Shown here piece after piece: positions 8,676 through 17,580 of a stretch of DNA of 28,107 bases. The first letter of the stretch is position 1. Every line of letters begins with the position of its first letter. The position numbers and the translations under genes are program-made. Source of the DNA: a virus (Duplodnaviria; Caudoviricetes). The DNA is taken from the IMG/VR virus record IMGVR_UViG_3300025270_000064, positions 1 to 28,107 of that record; one strand, 5' to 3'. Below the pieces are notes generated by a model. It was given only the letters and a program-made list of their open reading frames with translations, had not been told where the DNA came from and did not search any database.

Positions 8676-10304
8676 TTATGTCCAGATAGCATGGGATTCG
8701 GCCATTGACCATTCCATGCCAGCTTCAGTTAAGATTTGATCTACTCTACGGTCGACTCCTGAGTTCTCTAAAGTTTGAACTCCTACGTAGACTGAAGTGT
8801 CTCTATTAACGCCATTACCAACTAAAGGTCTGTAAGCACAGTTCTTCATGTTGATGCCAAGCATCTTCACGTTTGAACCGTCAAGGTGAATATTGCGAGC
8901 AACATTCATGTCTCCGTACACAGTTGAAATCTGCGTTACATCAACACCTAAGACCTTCTTTCTTCCTACCAAACTCATGTCAGCACGTCCTAAACTACCA
9001 CCCGCAGCCGTTTGCGCTGGGAATGAAGTAGGTGAAGTGTTACCAGAACCTGGCTGTACAACGCCAACATTATTAGCAAAGTACCCACTCAACTTATGTA
9101 ACCAGTTATAAACTGCAGTGTTACAGAAGAACATGGTTGCTTGGCTATTGTTGTATCTTGGATCTATGTAATTAGAAAGATCATCAAGAAAAGCATCCTG
9201 AGTTTTAGTTGTAGGATCTAAGCTAAATGCATTTCCATAACCAGAAATGTAATCAACAGCACCCTGAGTATACTGAATACTATCACCATCTGAATACTGA
9301 GATCCAAATAGTAATGAAGTTTCAATATCCCACTTGTGTTCAATCAACTTCTCTTTCCAAACACGAGCCCACTCATTCTGTTCAAACTTCAATACTGTGG
9401 CACGAGCCGTATTGGTCATTGCCATTGAAGTCTTCCAAATCTGAGTAAGACCATGATTGCTTTGATAAGGTTGATCAATCCAGGTTTCTGGAAAACCAGA
9501 ACCTTCCTGGTGAGCACTACCTACTACATAACTTCTAGCTCTTTCAAGAACTCCTGCAATAGATATAGCAGAAACAGCTTCACTGTCAGCTCCACTTGGA
9601 GCAAAGTCATTGTTATCAAAACCAGCATATCCTAGATAGCTTGAATCTGTTGCCTTTACCACTTTACAAGTAACAACTGCAGGATATTTACTATCCTTTG
9701 CTGAACTTTCAAATGAATCTGCATCAACTTCAGTTATTCTAGCTAACATATAACTGGATCCCCATGAGGTTGCAGCTGTAGCTGAACTTGTCATTGTAGG
9801 AATCTTAATAACTTGACCTGGAATGAAGAACTTTGGTGTAGTTCCACTAACTCCAACATCAATTTTGTTAGATGTATTGCCAAATACATTCTGCACATTA
9901 CCAGCACTCTTATAATCACCTGCCATATACAGTTTTAATGTATCTCCAACAGCTACAGAAGATCCAGTGCCACCATCATTATATGCTTCAATGGTGTCAT
10001 CTGCAAATTCATCCTGGCCGTCATTCTGTACATAGCCCATGACATAAGCATACCGCTTATGAAACGAAGGACGTTTCTCAGAGAATTTAAACTGAGGATC
10101 GTCAGTCGCTTTTTTCGCCACCTTACTTACAAATCGAAAAAACGGATCTTGAGGGATTGCCAGCTCTGATACCCTGCTGCCGAAGTTATACTTTCTACGT
10201 ATATCCCCAGTTGCAAGGTCAGTACTTGTACCTGGCCCTCGTCCATCAAAGTCCGAAACACTAAGATCTGTGTTAGGTGTTATCGCCGATATAAAATCAG
10301 CCAT
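8676..10304 (-). CDS. Major capsid protein (SU10-MCP / DUF5309-like)
   Basis: 542 aa; motifs DPFFRFVSK, GSAHQEGS, TQIWKT, EKLIEHKWDIETSLLFG, TQG, LTEAGME; canonical portal-scaffold-MCP order; AAGGAG SD. Confidence 0.85.
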   Translation of the reverse strand: MADFISAITPNTDLSVSDFDGRGPGTSTDLATGDIRRKYNFGSRVSELAIPQDPFFRFVSKVAKKATDDPQFKFSEKRPSFHKRYAYVMGYVQNDGQDEFADDTIEAYNDGGTGSSVAVGDTLKLYMAGDYKSAGNVQNVFGNTSNKIDVGVSGTTPKFFIPGQVIKIPTMTSSATAATSWGSSYMLARITEVDADSFESSAKDSKYPAVVTCKVVKATDSSYLGYAGFDNNDFAPSGADSEAVSAISIAGVLERARSYVVGSAHQEGSGFPETWIDQPYQSNHGLTQIWKTSMAMTNTARATVLKFEQNEWARVWKEKLIEHKWDIETSLLFGSQYSDGDSIQYTQGAVDYISGYGNAFSLDPTTKTQDAFLDDLSNYIDPRYNNSQATMFFCNTAVYNWLHKLSGYFANNVGVVQPGSGNTSPTSFPAQTAAGGSLGRADMSLVGRKKVLGVDVTQISTVYGDMNVARNIHLDGSNVKMLGINMKNCAYRPLVGNGVNRDTSVYVGVQTLENSGVDRRVDQILTEAGMEWSMAESHAIWT

Positions 10305-10367
10305 ATCGAACTCCTTACTTTAAGTTCCGATAGACCTCAAGTCAAAGCGACTTTATATAAGTTAAAT

Positions 10368-11258
10368 CTATCCGAACAGGTTATCTAATTCACCATCCAG
10401 ACCAAGGAGACCATCAAATAACGCATTATTTGGATCTACTTCCTCGGCCTGACTATTGGCTCCACTAGCGGACGTTGGTATATGTCGTACATTTTTCATC
10501 TGGGTCAGCATATCGGTCTTCGTAGATTGGACAACATTAGCATTAGCCTGATCACGATTCAGAAGATAGTCAATGTCTTCAAGTGTAAGCACATGTTTCT
10601 GTGCTTTTCCTTTAAAGGTCTCAAACTCTTCATCAGTCATACCCTTCTTTTTCCTGAAGTCATTTTCCATTTCATTCTGAATTTTAGCAGCGTTTGCTTT
10701 CTGCGCTCGATGCTTTTCATGGTTTACTATTTGTCCTACTCTATTCTCAACGACTTTATCTACCTGAGCAGTCAGGACTTTTGCTGAATCAGATTCGGGT
10801 TCTGTCATTGCTTCATTAGCATCAAAGACAAAATCCTCATCCAGTTTCAACTCTTCCTGAATACTTTTAGGAGTATTACCTCCATTTACCAGATATTCAC
10901 GAACATGTTCTACTAGTCCACTATCGTTCTTCATTGCATCAAGAACTGGTACAAAGGGTTCAATCTCTTTATACTGTTCTCTCAGCTTGACGGCTTCACG
11001 ACTACTGTCTTTGTAGCGTTTTTTATAAGGGTTGCCATCATCATCCCATTCCACGTTATCGGAGCCAACAGCTTCTTGCTGGGTTACCTGTTCGGTGCCA
11101 ACTGCCTGTTGGGTTGCCTCAGTGTTGCCTTCGGTTATCATACCGTTGACATCTCCTTCAAGGGCTTCAAAAAAATTATCCGAGGAGCCAAAAACCTTAT
11201 CTGTAACCTGATCTTCCTCGATAGTTACGGTTTCTGGGTTGCCTACAGTTTCTTCCAT
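10368..11258 (-). CDS. Capsid scaffolding protein
   Basis: 296 aa, acidic N-terminus, YKKRYKDSSREA coiled-coil, located between portal and MCP. Confidence 0.7.
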   Translation of the reverse strand: MEETVGNPETVTIEEDQVTDKVFGSSDNFFEALEGDVNGMITEGNTEATQQAVGTEQVTQQEAVGSDNVEWDDDGNPYKKRYKDSSREAVKLREQYKEIEPFVPVLDAMKNDSGLVEHVREYLVNGGNTPKSIQEELKLDEDFVFDANEAMTEPESDSAKVLTAQVDKVVENRVGQIVNHEKHRAQKANAAKIQNEMENDFRKKKGMTDEEFETFKGKAQKHVLTLEDIDYLLNRDQANANVVQSTKTDMLTQMKNVRHIPTSASGANSQAEEVDPNNALFDGLLGLDGELDNLFG

Positions 11259-11284
11259 ATTATTTCCCCATAGTTGATTTGATG

Positions 11285-13582
11285 TTACTTATTTTTGTCA
11301 TTACTTTGCAAATCTTTTTTTGCAAACTGTAATTCTCTTGATAAATCTTTCTTTGTAGCGTCTACTTGATTAGACATTACATTCTGTAAAAGCTTCTGTT
11401 TTGCCTCGGTTGAACGATAGGAATCCTTCAAATCACCCTTCACTTCTTCCTTCTTTTTAGTGATCTCCATCTCAGCCTGCATAACTTTACCCTTAATACC
11501 AGCCTGTACCAACTGTCTTTCCAGAGTTTCGATAGTCCCCTCCTTGTCTTTCAATGATTCCTGCAATTGTCCTAACTGGCCCTGTAACTGAGAGTATAGA
11601 CTCTTACGCTTCGCTATTTGTTCTTTATTCCGTATATCTGTTTCAGCAAGAACAGCAATATCATCCACAACACCAAACTTAAGAAGTTCCTTTAACTCAG
11701 CAAGGTATGCCCATCTGTTTACTGGCAATGTTGAACCAGCTACAATTTTCACGTCAAACTTGGCAGCTGAATAATCCATTGATTTCCCAATTGCCTGCCC
11801 CATGTCATTATAAATTGGAATATTTATCTCCTGCTGTCGTTCTTCCTGTATAGCAGAAGGCTGTATAATCCTGAATCTCTTATTAGCTGTATACACAGAT
11901 TGAGATATCTGCATTATAACTTTCCCCATCTGTCTCAAGGCTGGCTCTATAGAATGTTTCATCCACTGCTTAATTCTTCTTGTCCCATACTCATCAAGCG
12001 CAAGCATGCCCCTGAATGTTTCATGCTGCTGTTGTGTATCACCCTGCATTGATGAATAAATACCAGCAAGATACTCCATATCCTGCTTGGCTTCCTGTAC
12101 AACACTAAAAAACGCATTTGACAAAGGTGCTGGCATAATTGGAGTTGGTCTTTCAGATCCTGGTCTTACTGAAAGTAATGCTCCAGGTGAGGAAGAATAC
12201 TTCTCCCATTGATCTGGATCAATAGAACCTTCTTCATAAAGCCATCTTAGGGAAGAACCCAAAGATGCATTGTGTACCATTATCTGGTGAGATTTGTTTA
12301 TTTCTTTCTGCTTTCCTACCAAAGGGCCAACTGCAGATACTGGATAAGGAGTACCAGTCCACTTATAATGAAATGGAATTAACGGATAATCAACTACATT
12401 TTCTGGATATACAACTTCGTACAACAGTTTATCCCCTGCACATATTGTCTGTTTAATCCTGGTACCATAGAACTGCACAGCATCAACAATAGATTCCTGA
12501 AAAGCTTTATCTTTAAGCAATATCTTATATTCCTTTTCTGAAATAACTTTATTTTCAATCTTTGATGCTTCTGCCTGCAATTTACTCATATACTGCTGTT
12601 CAGCTGCCTGAAGCTGATCCTGCATCATTTGCTGGGCTTTCTTCATCTCCAATTCAAATCTTTCAGGAATCATCTTTCCTTCTTGAACAGCCTGCTGCAT
12701 TTGTTTCTGCTGTTCCATAAGCTCAACTTCCATCTCAGCAGCCATCTCCTTCATTTTTACTTGTACCTGCTGCTGAATAGCTTTTAATTGTTCTTTATTA
12801 GGAGGTATCCTGTAAAATACATTCATATAGGATATCTTAATCTTTTCGTAGAGTTCAAATAGTTCTAATGTTGGTTCATGCTGTCCTTCCGAATCAACTC
12901 CCATATCTTCGGCATTAGAGTCATCTCTTAAAAAAAGCTTTTGCTCTCTATCTGAAAGTGCTCTTTCTGAATAGGATCCATGACCTTCTAAAGAAGATGC
13001 ACTACTAATCTTACGTTTATAATGTGGAAAAAGCTTTGCAACATGACTTTTCGGAAGAACTTTTCTTATCAGGATATAAGATGCATCCCTGAACATCATA
13101 TCTCTGGACTTCGGATCTACATATATATCAAATGGTTCTGGCTGCTGTAACACAACCTCCCCCATGCCATTGTCCATATCTGTATCAACAGTAACCAGTA
13201 TATATCCAATTGATTTACAGATAGCATCATTTATTGCATTAGAATACAGAGCTGCACCGTCAGATAAGCTCCAGATATAATCAGAAAGATCTGAAAATAC
13301 TGCTGCTACATCAGAATCACTGCCTTCAACCCCAATAGCCTGCCATCTAGGATTATTGGCAGTAGCATAGAAATTCAGCATTTCAACTACAGGTAATATC
13401 CTGTTAATCGTAAATGTAGGCATGCCCTGATCCTGTAAAGCAGTTTTCTCATCAAAAGACAATTGTTCGTCATGAGCAAATTCATATCCTTTCTGGTTTA
13501 TGAACTGCCACTGACTACGTGTCCAGTTGCTGGACAGGTTATATAATTCTCTTATCTGATCTACTTTTTTCTTCTTAGCCAT
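11285..13582 (-). CDS. Portal protein (P22-like)
   Basis: 765 aa; PTFTINRILPVV, PFDIYVDP, YPLIPF, QKEINK, YLAGI motifs; Q/M-rich coiled-coil insertion and long C-terminal coiled-coil; downstream of TerL. Confidence 0.85.
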   Translation of the reverse strand: MAKKKKVDQIRELYNLSSNWTRSQWQFINQKGYEFAHDEQLSFDEKTALQDQGMPTFTINRILPVVEMLNFYATANNPRWQAIGVEGSDSDVAAVFSDLSDYIWSLSDGAALYSNAINDAICKSIGYILVTVDTDMDNGMGEVVLQQPEPFDIYVDPKSRDMMFRDASYILIRKVLPKSHVAKLFPHYKRKISSASSLEGHGSYSERALSDREQKLFLRDDSNAEDMGVDSEGQHEPTLELFELYEKIKISYMNVFYRIPPNKEQLKAIQQQVQVKMKEMAAEMEVELMEQQKQMQQAVQEGKMIPERFELEMKKAQQMMQDQLQAAEQQYMSKLQAEASKIENKVISEKEYKILLKDKAFQESIVDAVQFYGTRIKQTICAGDKLLYEVVYPENVVDYPLIPFHYKWTGTPYPVSAVGPLVGKQKEINKSHQIMVHNASLGSSLRWLYEEGSIDPDQWEKYSSSPGALLSVRPGSERPTPIMPAPLSNAFFSVVQEAKQDMEYLAGIYSSMQGDTQQQHETFRGMLALDEYGTRRIKQWMKHSIEPALRQMGKVIMQISQSVYTANKRFRIIQPSAIQEERQQEINIPIYNDMGQAIGKSMDYSAAKFDVKIVAGSTLPVNRWAYLAELKELLKFGVVDDIAVLAETDIRNKEQIAKRKSLYSQLQGQLGQLQESLKDKEGTIETLERQLVQAGIKGKVMQAEMEITKKKEEVKGDLKDSYRSTEAKQKLLQNVMSNQVDATKKDLSRELQFAKKDLQSNDKNK

Positions 13583-13585
13583 TCG

Positions 13586-13828
13586 TTACCCTAAATCTTT
13601 TTGAATAAGCTGTGTATCCATCATTGTTAAACCTTTTGATTTATCAGGCTTACCATCTTTTCCTGCTTGTGCTACTGCCAGACTATATCTGCCCTCTGGA
13701 ACTATTTTTCTAAAAGCTCTATAGATATCTGGTATTGTTTTAAATTTTCTGTTAATAACATCCTTTAGTCCTAATTTTTCATTTAGAACATCAAATTTCC
13801 CAATTTCTGTTACCATAATTAAAATCAT
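13586..13828 (-). CDS. Hypothetical protein (80 aa)
   Basis: GAAGGA SD, in operon orientation. Confidence 0.6.
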   Translation of the reverse strand: MILIMVTEIGKFDVLNEKLGLKDVINRKFKTIPDIYRAFRKIVPEGRYSLAVAQAGKDGKPDKSKGLTMMDTQLIQKDLG

Positions 13829-13857
13829 TTAACTTCCTTCTTTATACCAGTTAACCA

Positions 13858-14013
13858 TTATTTACCTTCTTTGTACTTATTCTTTGGAAAGTTGTAGTAA
13901 AAATTAGGCGTTTCACTTCCTTGTATCTTACTACCTCCCTTCCTGACATGCTTCTTCCCAACTGGATGAAGCTTTCCACTATCTGGTCAAATATGTAATG
14001 CTTCTTTAGGCAT
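13858..14013 (-). CDS. 51-aa His-rich protein with in-frame TGA at codon 9 (candidate selenoprotein, or pseudogene)
   Basis: MPKEALHI*PDSGKLHPVGKKHVRKGGSKIQGSETPNFYYNFPKNKYKEGK; ATG coupled to the upstream stop (TAATG); TGA at 13989-13987; hairpin follows. Confidence 0.55.
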
Positions 14014-14264
14014 TAGTAACCAGGCTTTTTAATTCCTCGAGATGCAGGTGCTTTCCCCATTGGTGCTTTTCCTGCTGGTGCTGCACCTGGACTTTTTTTA
14101 GCATATCCACCTTGATATTTAAGACATTTCTCTCTTTCTACTGGATCTATTATCTTACTACATACTTCTTTGCTTGGCATATCATGCCTCCTTCTTGTAT
14201 TTCCTGTTTTTAGTTCACTCTTATCTTCTACGGATAAGTCTGTGGTTGTAATTACGGATGGCAT
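14013..14264 (-). CDS. Small basic protein (83 aa) with an MCP-like N-terminus
   Basis: Start re-called to MPSVITTTDLS (ATG 14264 overlaps the TerL TAA). Confidence 0.7.
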   Translation of the reverse strand: MPSVITTTDLSVEDKSELKTGNTRRRHDMPSKEVCSKIIDPVEREKCLKYQGGYAKKSPGAAPAGKAPMGKAPASRGIKKPGY

Positions 14265-15820
14265 TAAGCTACCACCCAATCTTTTGCTTTAGGCTTCTTC
14301 TTATACCATTTGCCTTCTTTATCTTTACCTGCAGCTAATGGTGGATGAGCGAATTTGCAGGCATATGCAAGTGCATCTATAGTATCATCGTGCGCCATTC
14401 TTGGGCCAAAGGTTGTTATTTCCCTATGCAGATCATATTGCATTTTCTTGAGATGTATCTGCCCGATAGAGAACCTTTGAGCCAGTATTTCCTGTATTCG
14501 GTCTCTTTTACTCATCCTGGTGCCTGGTTTTTCAGCCTTGTATCCGATAGAGAAGTCATTTCTCCTTCTCATCTCCGAGTTAAGTGCCTGAAATATAGGC
14601 TTACTCATAGTAGTATCTTCAACTGTGAAGAGGTTAGGCTTATAACTTTTTGCGTACTGGAACATGTAATCTACAATTCCAAGTTTATTCTCTCCAGGTA
14701 TACCTAATACTGGGATGGACTGTTTCCTGATGTAGTCAAGAACATATATATTGTTGTCTGGAGTCACTGCTACAGCAATAATGACAGAGAAGTCGGAATC
14801 CCGTCTTGCTGAATCAGTTGCAGGATCCACACCAACAAATACACTGCAGGGTTGGTAGCCTTGGTCGTTTGCATCTATAAATGAAAGACCAGTATCTTTA
14901 TCTACATAGAACTTGCCATCCCAGTATTTAATGTGATCTCTGGTAAATATTGCATCTTCAGCACTCTGTACTTCCATCATATACTCTTGATAAAACTTCT
15001 GTGGAGTACCTGAGTCCTGATAAAATTTCTTTTTTCTGTTCATCTCCTTCATTCCAAACCAATCTGGCCAGAGAGGAGTACCATCTTCCTGTAATGCCTT
15101 ATAAGTTATGACATGCCAGCTAAATCTTTCCGCTTTCCTTAATGATTGCTGATATCCAACGAGGATCTTCTGTATAAATGAATCATAATGCACTGGGGTG
15201 CCATTGATCCTTAATCTTCCCGTTTTCGGCTCCAAAGCAGGAAAGACAACCGCTGTAACAAGGTTTGATATTTTCGAGCGACTCTCAGGCGTAATAGTAT
15301 TATTCTCGTCCTCAAAATCATCCAGTACAATGAGATCGTATCTCTTATGGAGTTTCGCTCCACCTCTTATACCCGAAAGGTTAGATTTTGATATAAGTTT
15401 ACAGTTATTGTTAAGTTCAATATCATCTTCAGTCCACTTCCTTCCTTTTAAATCACCAAAGTAATACTTTACTTTATCATTATATTCAATGTGATACTTG
15501 ATATAATCAAGGTTAGGCACAGATATTTTGGAACTTGCTGCCACCCAACCATAGAATAAAGGTTCCTTAGTAAAAAGGAAGTCATGAAGAATGCTGCACT
15601 TGGTGAGTACTGTCTTTCCATGTCCTCTAGGGAGAATTACAGCCAGCTGCCTGATGTCCCTGTTATCAACTGCATCTGCCACTTCATAATGAAAAAATGG
15701 TGTTTCACTACGTGTAAAGTCATCTGGTAGAAATAACTTACCAAATGCTATTAAGTCCTCATATGCGAGTTTAAGCTCTTCTTCAGCTTTTGAAACGACT
15801 TTTGTGTTAAAATTCGCCAT
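14264..15820 (-). CDS. terL: Terminase large subunit
   Basis: Walker A PRGHGKT, Walker B LIVLDDFED, motif III NGTP, RNase H-like nuclease GVDPA..DFS and HDDTIDALAYA. Confidence 0.93.
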   Translation of the reverse strand: MANFNTKVVSKAEEELKLAYEDLIAFGKLFLPDDFTRSETPFFHYEVADAVDNRDIRQLAVILPRGHGKTVLTKCSILHDFLFTKEPLFYGWVAASSKISVPNLDYIKYHIEYNDKVKYYFGDLKGRKWTEDDIELNNNCKLISKSNLSGIRGGAKLHKRYDLIVLDDFEDENNTITPESRSKISNLVTAVVFPALEPKTGRLRINGTPVHYDSFIQKILVGYQQSLRKAERFSWHVITYKALQEDGTPLWPDWFGMKEMNRKKKFYQDSGTPQKFYQEYMMEVQSAEDAIFTRDHIKYWDGKFYVDKDTGLSFIDANDQGYQPCSVFVGVDPATDSARRDSDFSVIIAVAVTPDNNIYVLDYIRKQSIPVLGIPGENKLGIVDYMFQYAKSYKPNLFTVEDTTMSKPIFQALNSEMRRRNDFSIGYKAEKPGTRMSKRDRIQEILAQRFSIGQIHLKKMQYDLHREITTFGPRMAHDDTIDALAYACKFAHPPLAAGKDKEGKWYKKKPKAKDWVVA

Positions 15821-15832
15821 TTATGGTACCTT

Positions 15833-15862
15833 ATAATACAAAAAATAAGGTTTATAAGTCAA
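15833..15862 (-). promoter_or_regulatory. Sigma70-like promoter for terL
   Basis: TTGACT-18 nt-TATTAT, 12 nt upstream of the ATG, right after a U-tract. Confidence 0.45.
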
Positions 15863-15876
15863 AAAGTATAAGTTAT

Positions 15877-15988
15877 AAACAAAAAAGGGACATGGTAGCC
15901 TCCACCTGGCCCTTAACTATCCAACAAGTGTCGGACTTGCACACATACAATCACCGTTGCATTTTAGCACTGGCACTTTAGTCCCTTT
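15877..15988 (-). ncRNA. Multi-stem structured RNA ending in a U-tract
   Basis: Closing helix AAAGGGAC/GUCCCUUU; inner hairpins AUGCAA/UUGUAU, GUCCGAC/GUUGGAU, GGUGG/CUACC; G-U pairs favour the minus strand. Confidence 0.55.
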
Positions 15989-16310
15989 AATACTCCCTTT
16001 TATCAGTCGTATCTGGAGCAGCTTCCATCATAGCGTCCATTTCTGACTGCATGATATACTTTTCACCATATCTATCCTTGGCTTCTTCAAGCCTTCTTTC
16101 TGGTGTCCAATAGTAGTTATCAAAAAATGAATTCACGGCTTTAACAGTAGCATCACCATATTGACCGTCTATACTTAGATCCTTATTCTCTGGATAGTAT
16201 TGAAGAAGTTCTTGAAGTCTGGTAACATTTTCATTCGTCATACCTTCTTCTTCCTGGGTAGCTTCGTAAGCTGCGTTTACTTTATCACTGTATTCTTGAT
16301 CATATGGCAT
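15987..16310 (-). CDS. Acidic protein with peptidoglycan-binding (PG_binding_1-like) domain
   Basis: VTRLQELL...SIDGQYGDATVKAVNSF matches the V..LQ..L...DG.YG..T..AV..F pattern. Confidence 0.65.
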   Translation of the reverse strand: MPYDQEYSDKVNAAYEATQEEEGMTNENVTRLQELLQYYPENKDLSIDGQYGDATVKAVNSFFDNYYWTPERRLEEAKDRYGEKYIMQSEMDAMMEAAPDTTDKREY

Positions 16311-16324
16311 TTTAATCTCCTTTA

Positions 16325-16684
16325 CTATAAATCTTTAATTGAATCTATAATTTTATCTTCTGCAGATACACCCATTTTTAATTTCTTGAAATATTGATGA
16401 ATAAGGGCATCTGCTTCCATACCTTCTTTATAAGTTTCATATTCACCAAAATGTTTTCCTTTTTCTATTGCACCCTTATAAGCACCTTCAAATGGCAAGT
16501 CTACTCCTCCCATCATGGTAGGGAACAAATACCATTTATCTGTTTCAGGGTCAACTTCCAGCCTAGTCTTAATATTCGATTCACCTGATCTTCCATCCTT
16601 TACCCATGAAACTTCGGGGAACAGTTTAAAATTTAAAGGCATAGTACCTTTATAATCAAATCCATACTTACTCTGCTTGGCCAT
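16325..16684 (-). CDS. Hypothetical phage protein (119 aa)
   Basis: ORF overlapping the terS end; no function recognised. Confidence 0.65.
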   Translation of the reverse strand: MAKQSKYGFDYKGTMPLNFKLFPEVSWVKDGRSGESNIKTRLEVDPETDKWYLFPTMMGGVDLPFEGAYKGAIEKGKHFGEYETYKEGMEADALIHQYFKKLKMGVSAEDKIIDSIKDL

Positions 16685-17396
16685 TTTCTATCTCTTTAGG
16701 TCTTTCAACTTCTTCCAGCTGCTCTTCACTAAACCCTTGAAACTGTATACCTGTCAACTGGGTAAGCTTGGCAGCAGACTTATCCTCAAGGTCTAAAATA
16801 TCAGATAACTTAAACAAAGCCTTTAACTTAGTGTCATCTTTCTCAGACTCATCAGCGACTGCCTTTATCCCTTCCAGGACAGTCTCATCGGTGATGCCTA
16901 ATTTCTCTAAAACTGGTTCTAATTCTTTTTTCATAGCTTTCCTTATCCTGGTACATTTTATCAATTCTGTACTTCTGAAGTTAGCATAGTGTGGATCATT
17001 AGTGGGAAATGCTTTTATATAAGCTTCTACTGGTTTCAATCCTGCAGCCACGTATTCAACAAACAACATTTCGTACTTATTAAGCTTCTCCCTGGTATCT
17101 GTCTTTGAATTTAAGCCGCTTATTGTATAGATGTTCTCCCGTCTAGACGTATCCATGGGAGCACTTACTGGATAAGTTCCTGTGCAAGTACGATAGTAAT
17201 GCACGATTCTCTTTTTGCCTTTTGGTTTGACAAGATTCCCCTTTTTGAGGACTTGTATATAACAGCCATCATCCGCCTTAACCCAATCCCCTTCTTCTGA
17301 CTCTCTCCAATCAGAAACGGGGTGGATGTCACTGGGCAACTCGTCTGCATCATCATACACGCAGTGAGGCTGGCGGTTTACATGATAGTGTCTCAT
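16668..17396 (-). CDS. terS: Terminase small subunit-like protein with extra N-terminal domain
   Basis: LNKYEMLFVEYVAAGLKPVEAYIKAF HTH and GITDETVLEGIKAVA...KLKALFKLSDIL oligomerisation helices; upstream of terL. Confidence 0.65.
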   Translation of the reverse strand: MRHYHVNRQPHCVYDDADELPSDIHPVSDWRESEEGDWVKADDGCYIQVLKKGNLVKPKGKKRIVHYYRTCTGTYPVSAPMDTSRRENIYTISGLNSKTDTREKLNKYEMLFVEYVAAGLKPVEAYIKAFPTNDPHYANFRSTELIKCTRIRKAMKKELEPVLEKLGITDETVLEGIKAVADESEKDDTKLKALFKLSDILDLEDKSAAKLTQLTGIQFQGFSEEQLEEVERPKEIENGQAE

Positions 17397-17415
17397 AGTA
17401 AGCGTAAGCGGCTTG

Positions 17416-17580
17416 TTAAGTATATGGACTCATTTTAGAAAGTCTTTTGTCTTTCAACAGTTGACACGGTACACACAGGCCATTAACATGAATAAAAACC
17501 TCTAGTTCCGTTTTGTGACAGTTGAAACATTTTATATATGACTTCCCCTGAGAAGGATTTACCAACTTTTTGGATTTCAT
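17416..17580 (-). CDS. 54-aa zinc-finger protein (CFNC...CVPC)
   Basis: Not in the track: MKSKKLVNPSQGKSYIKCFNCHKTELEVFIHVNGLCVPCQLLKDKRLSKMSPYT; AAGGT SD-like sequence. Confidence 0.55.
   Translation of the reverse strand: MKSKKLVNPSQGKSYIKCFNCHKTELEVFIHVNGLCVPCQLLKDKRLSKMSPYT

Noticed and set aside
13829-13858. 9-codon ORF MVNWYKEGS in frame with 13586-13828
   Set aside because: Ends in TAA and the downstream ATG has its own SD; no support for read-through.
13987-13989. Genome-wide TGA reassignment (code 4 or 25)
   Set aside because: TGA terminates several genes with ATGA overlaps (21425, 24598, 26334, 26840), and long genes have no internal TGA.
15930-15945. Twister-sister or cobalamin riboswitch suggested by GUGCAAGUCC
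   Set aside because: The flanking stem and the other conserved elements are missing; kept only as a generic T-loop-like motif.
3105-17356. Short plus-strand and off-frame ORFs inside the 1401-aa gene, MCP, scaffold, portal, terL and terS
   Set aside because: Fully overlap long motif-bearing genes; I/L/F-rich shadows.
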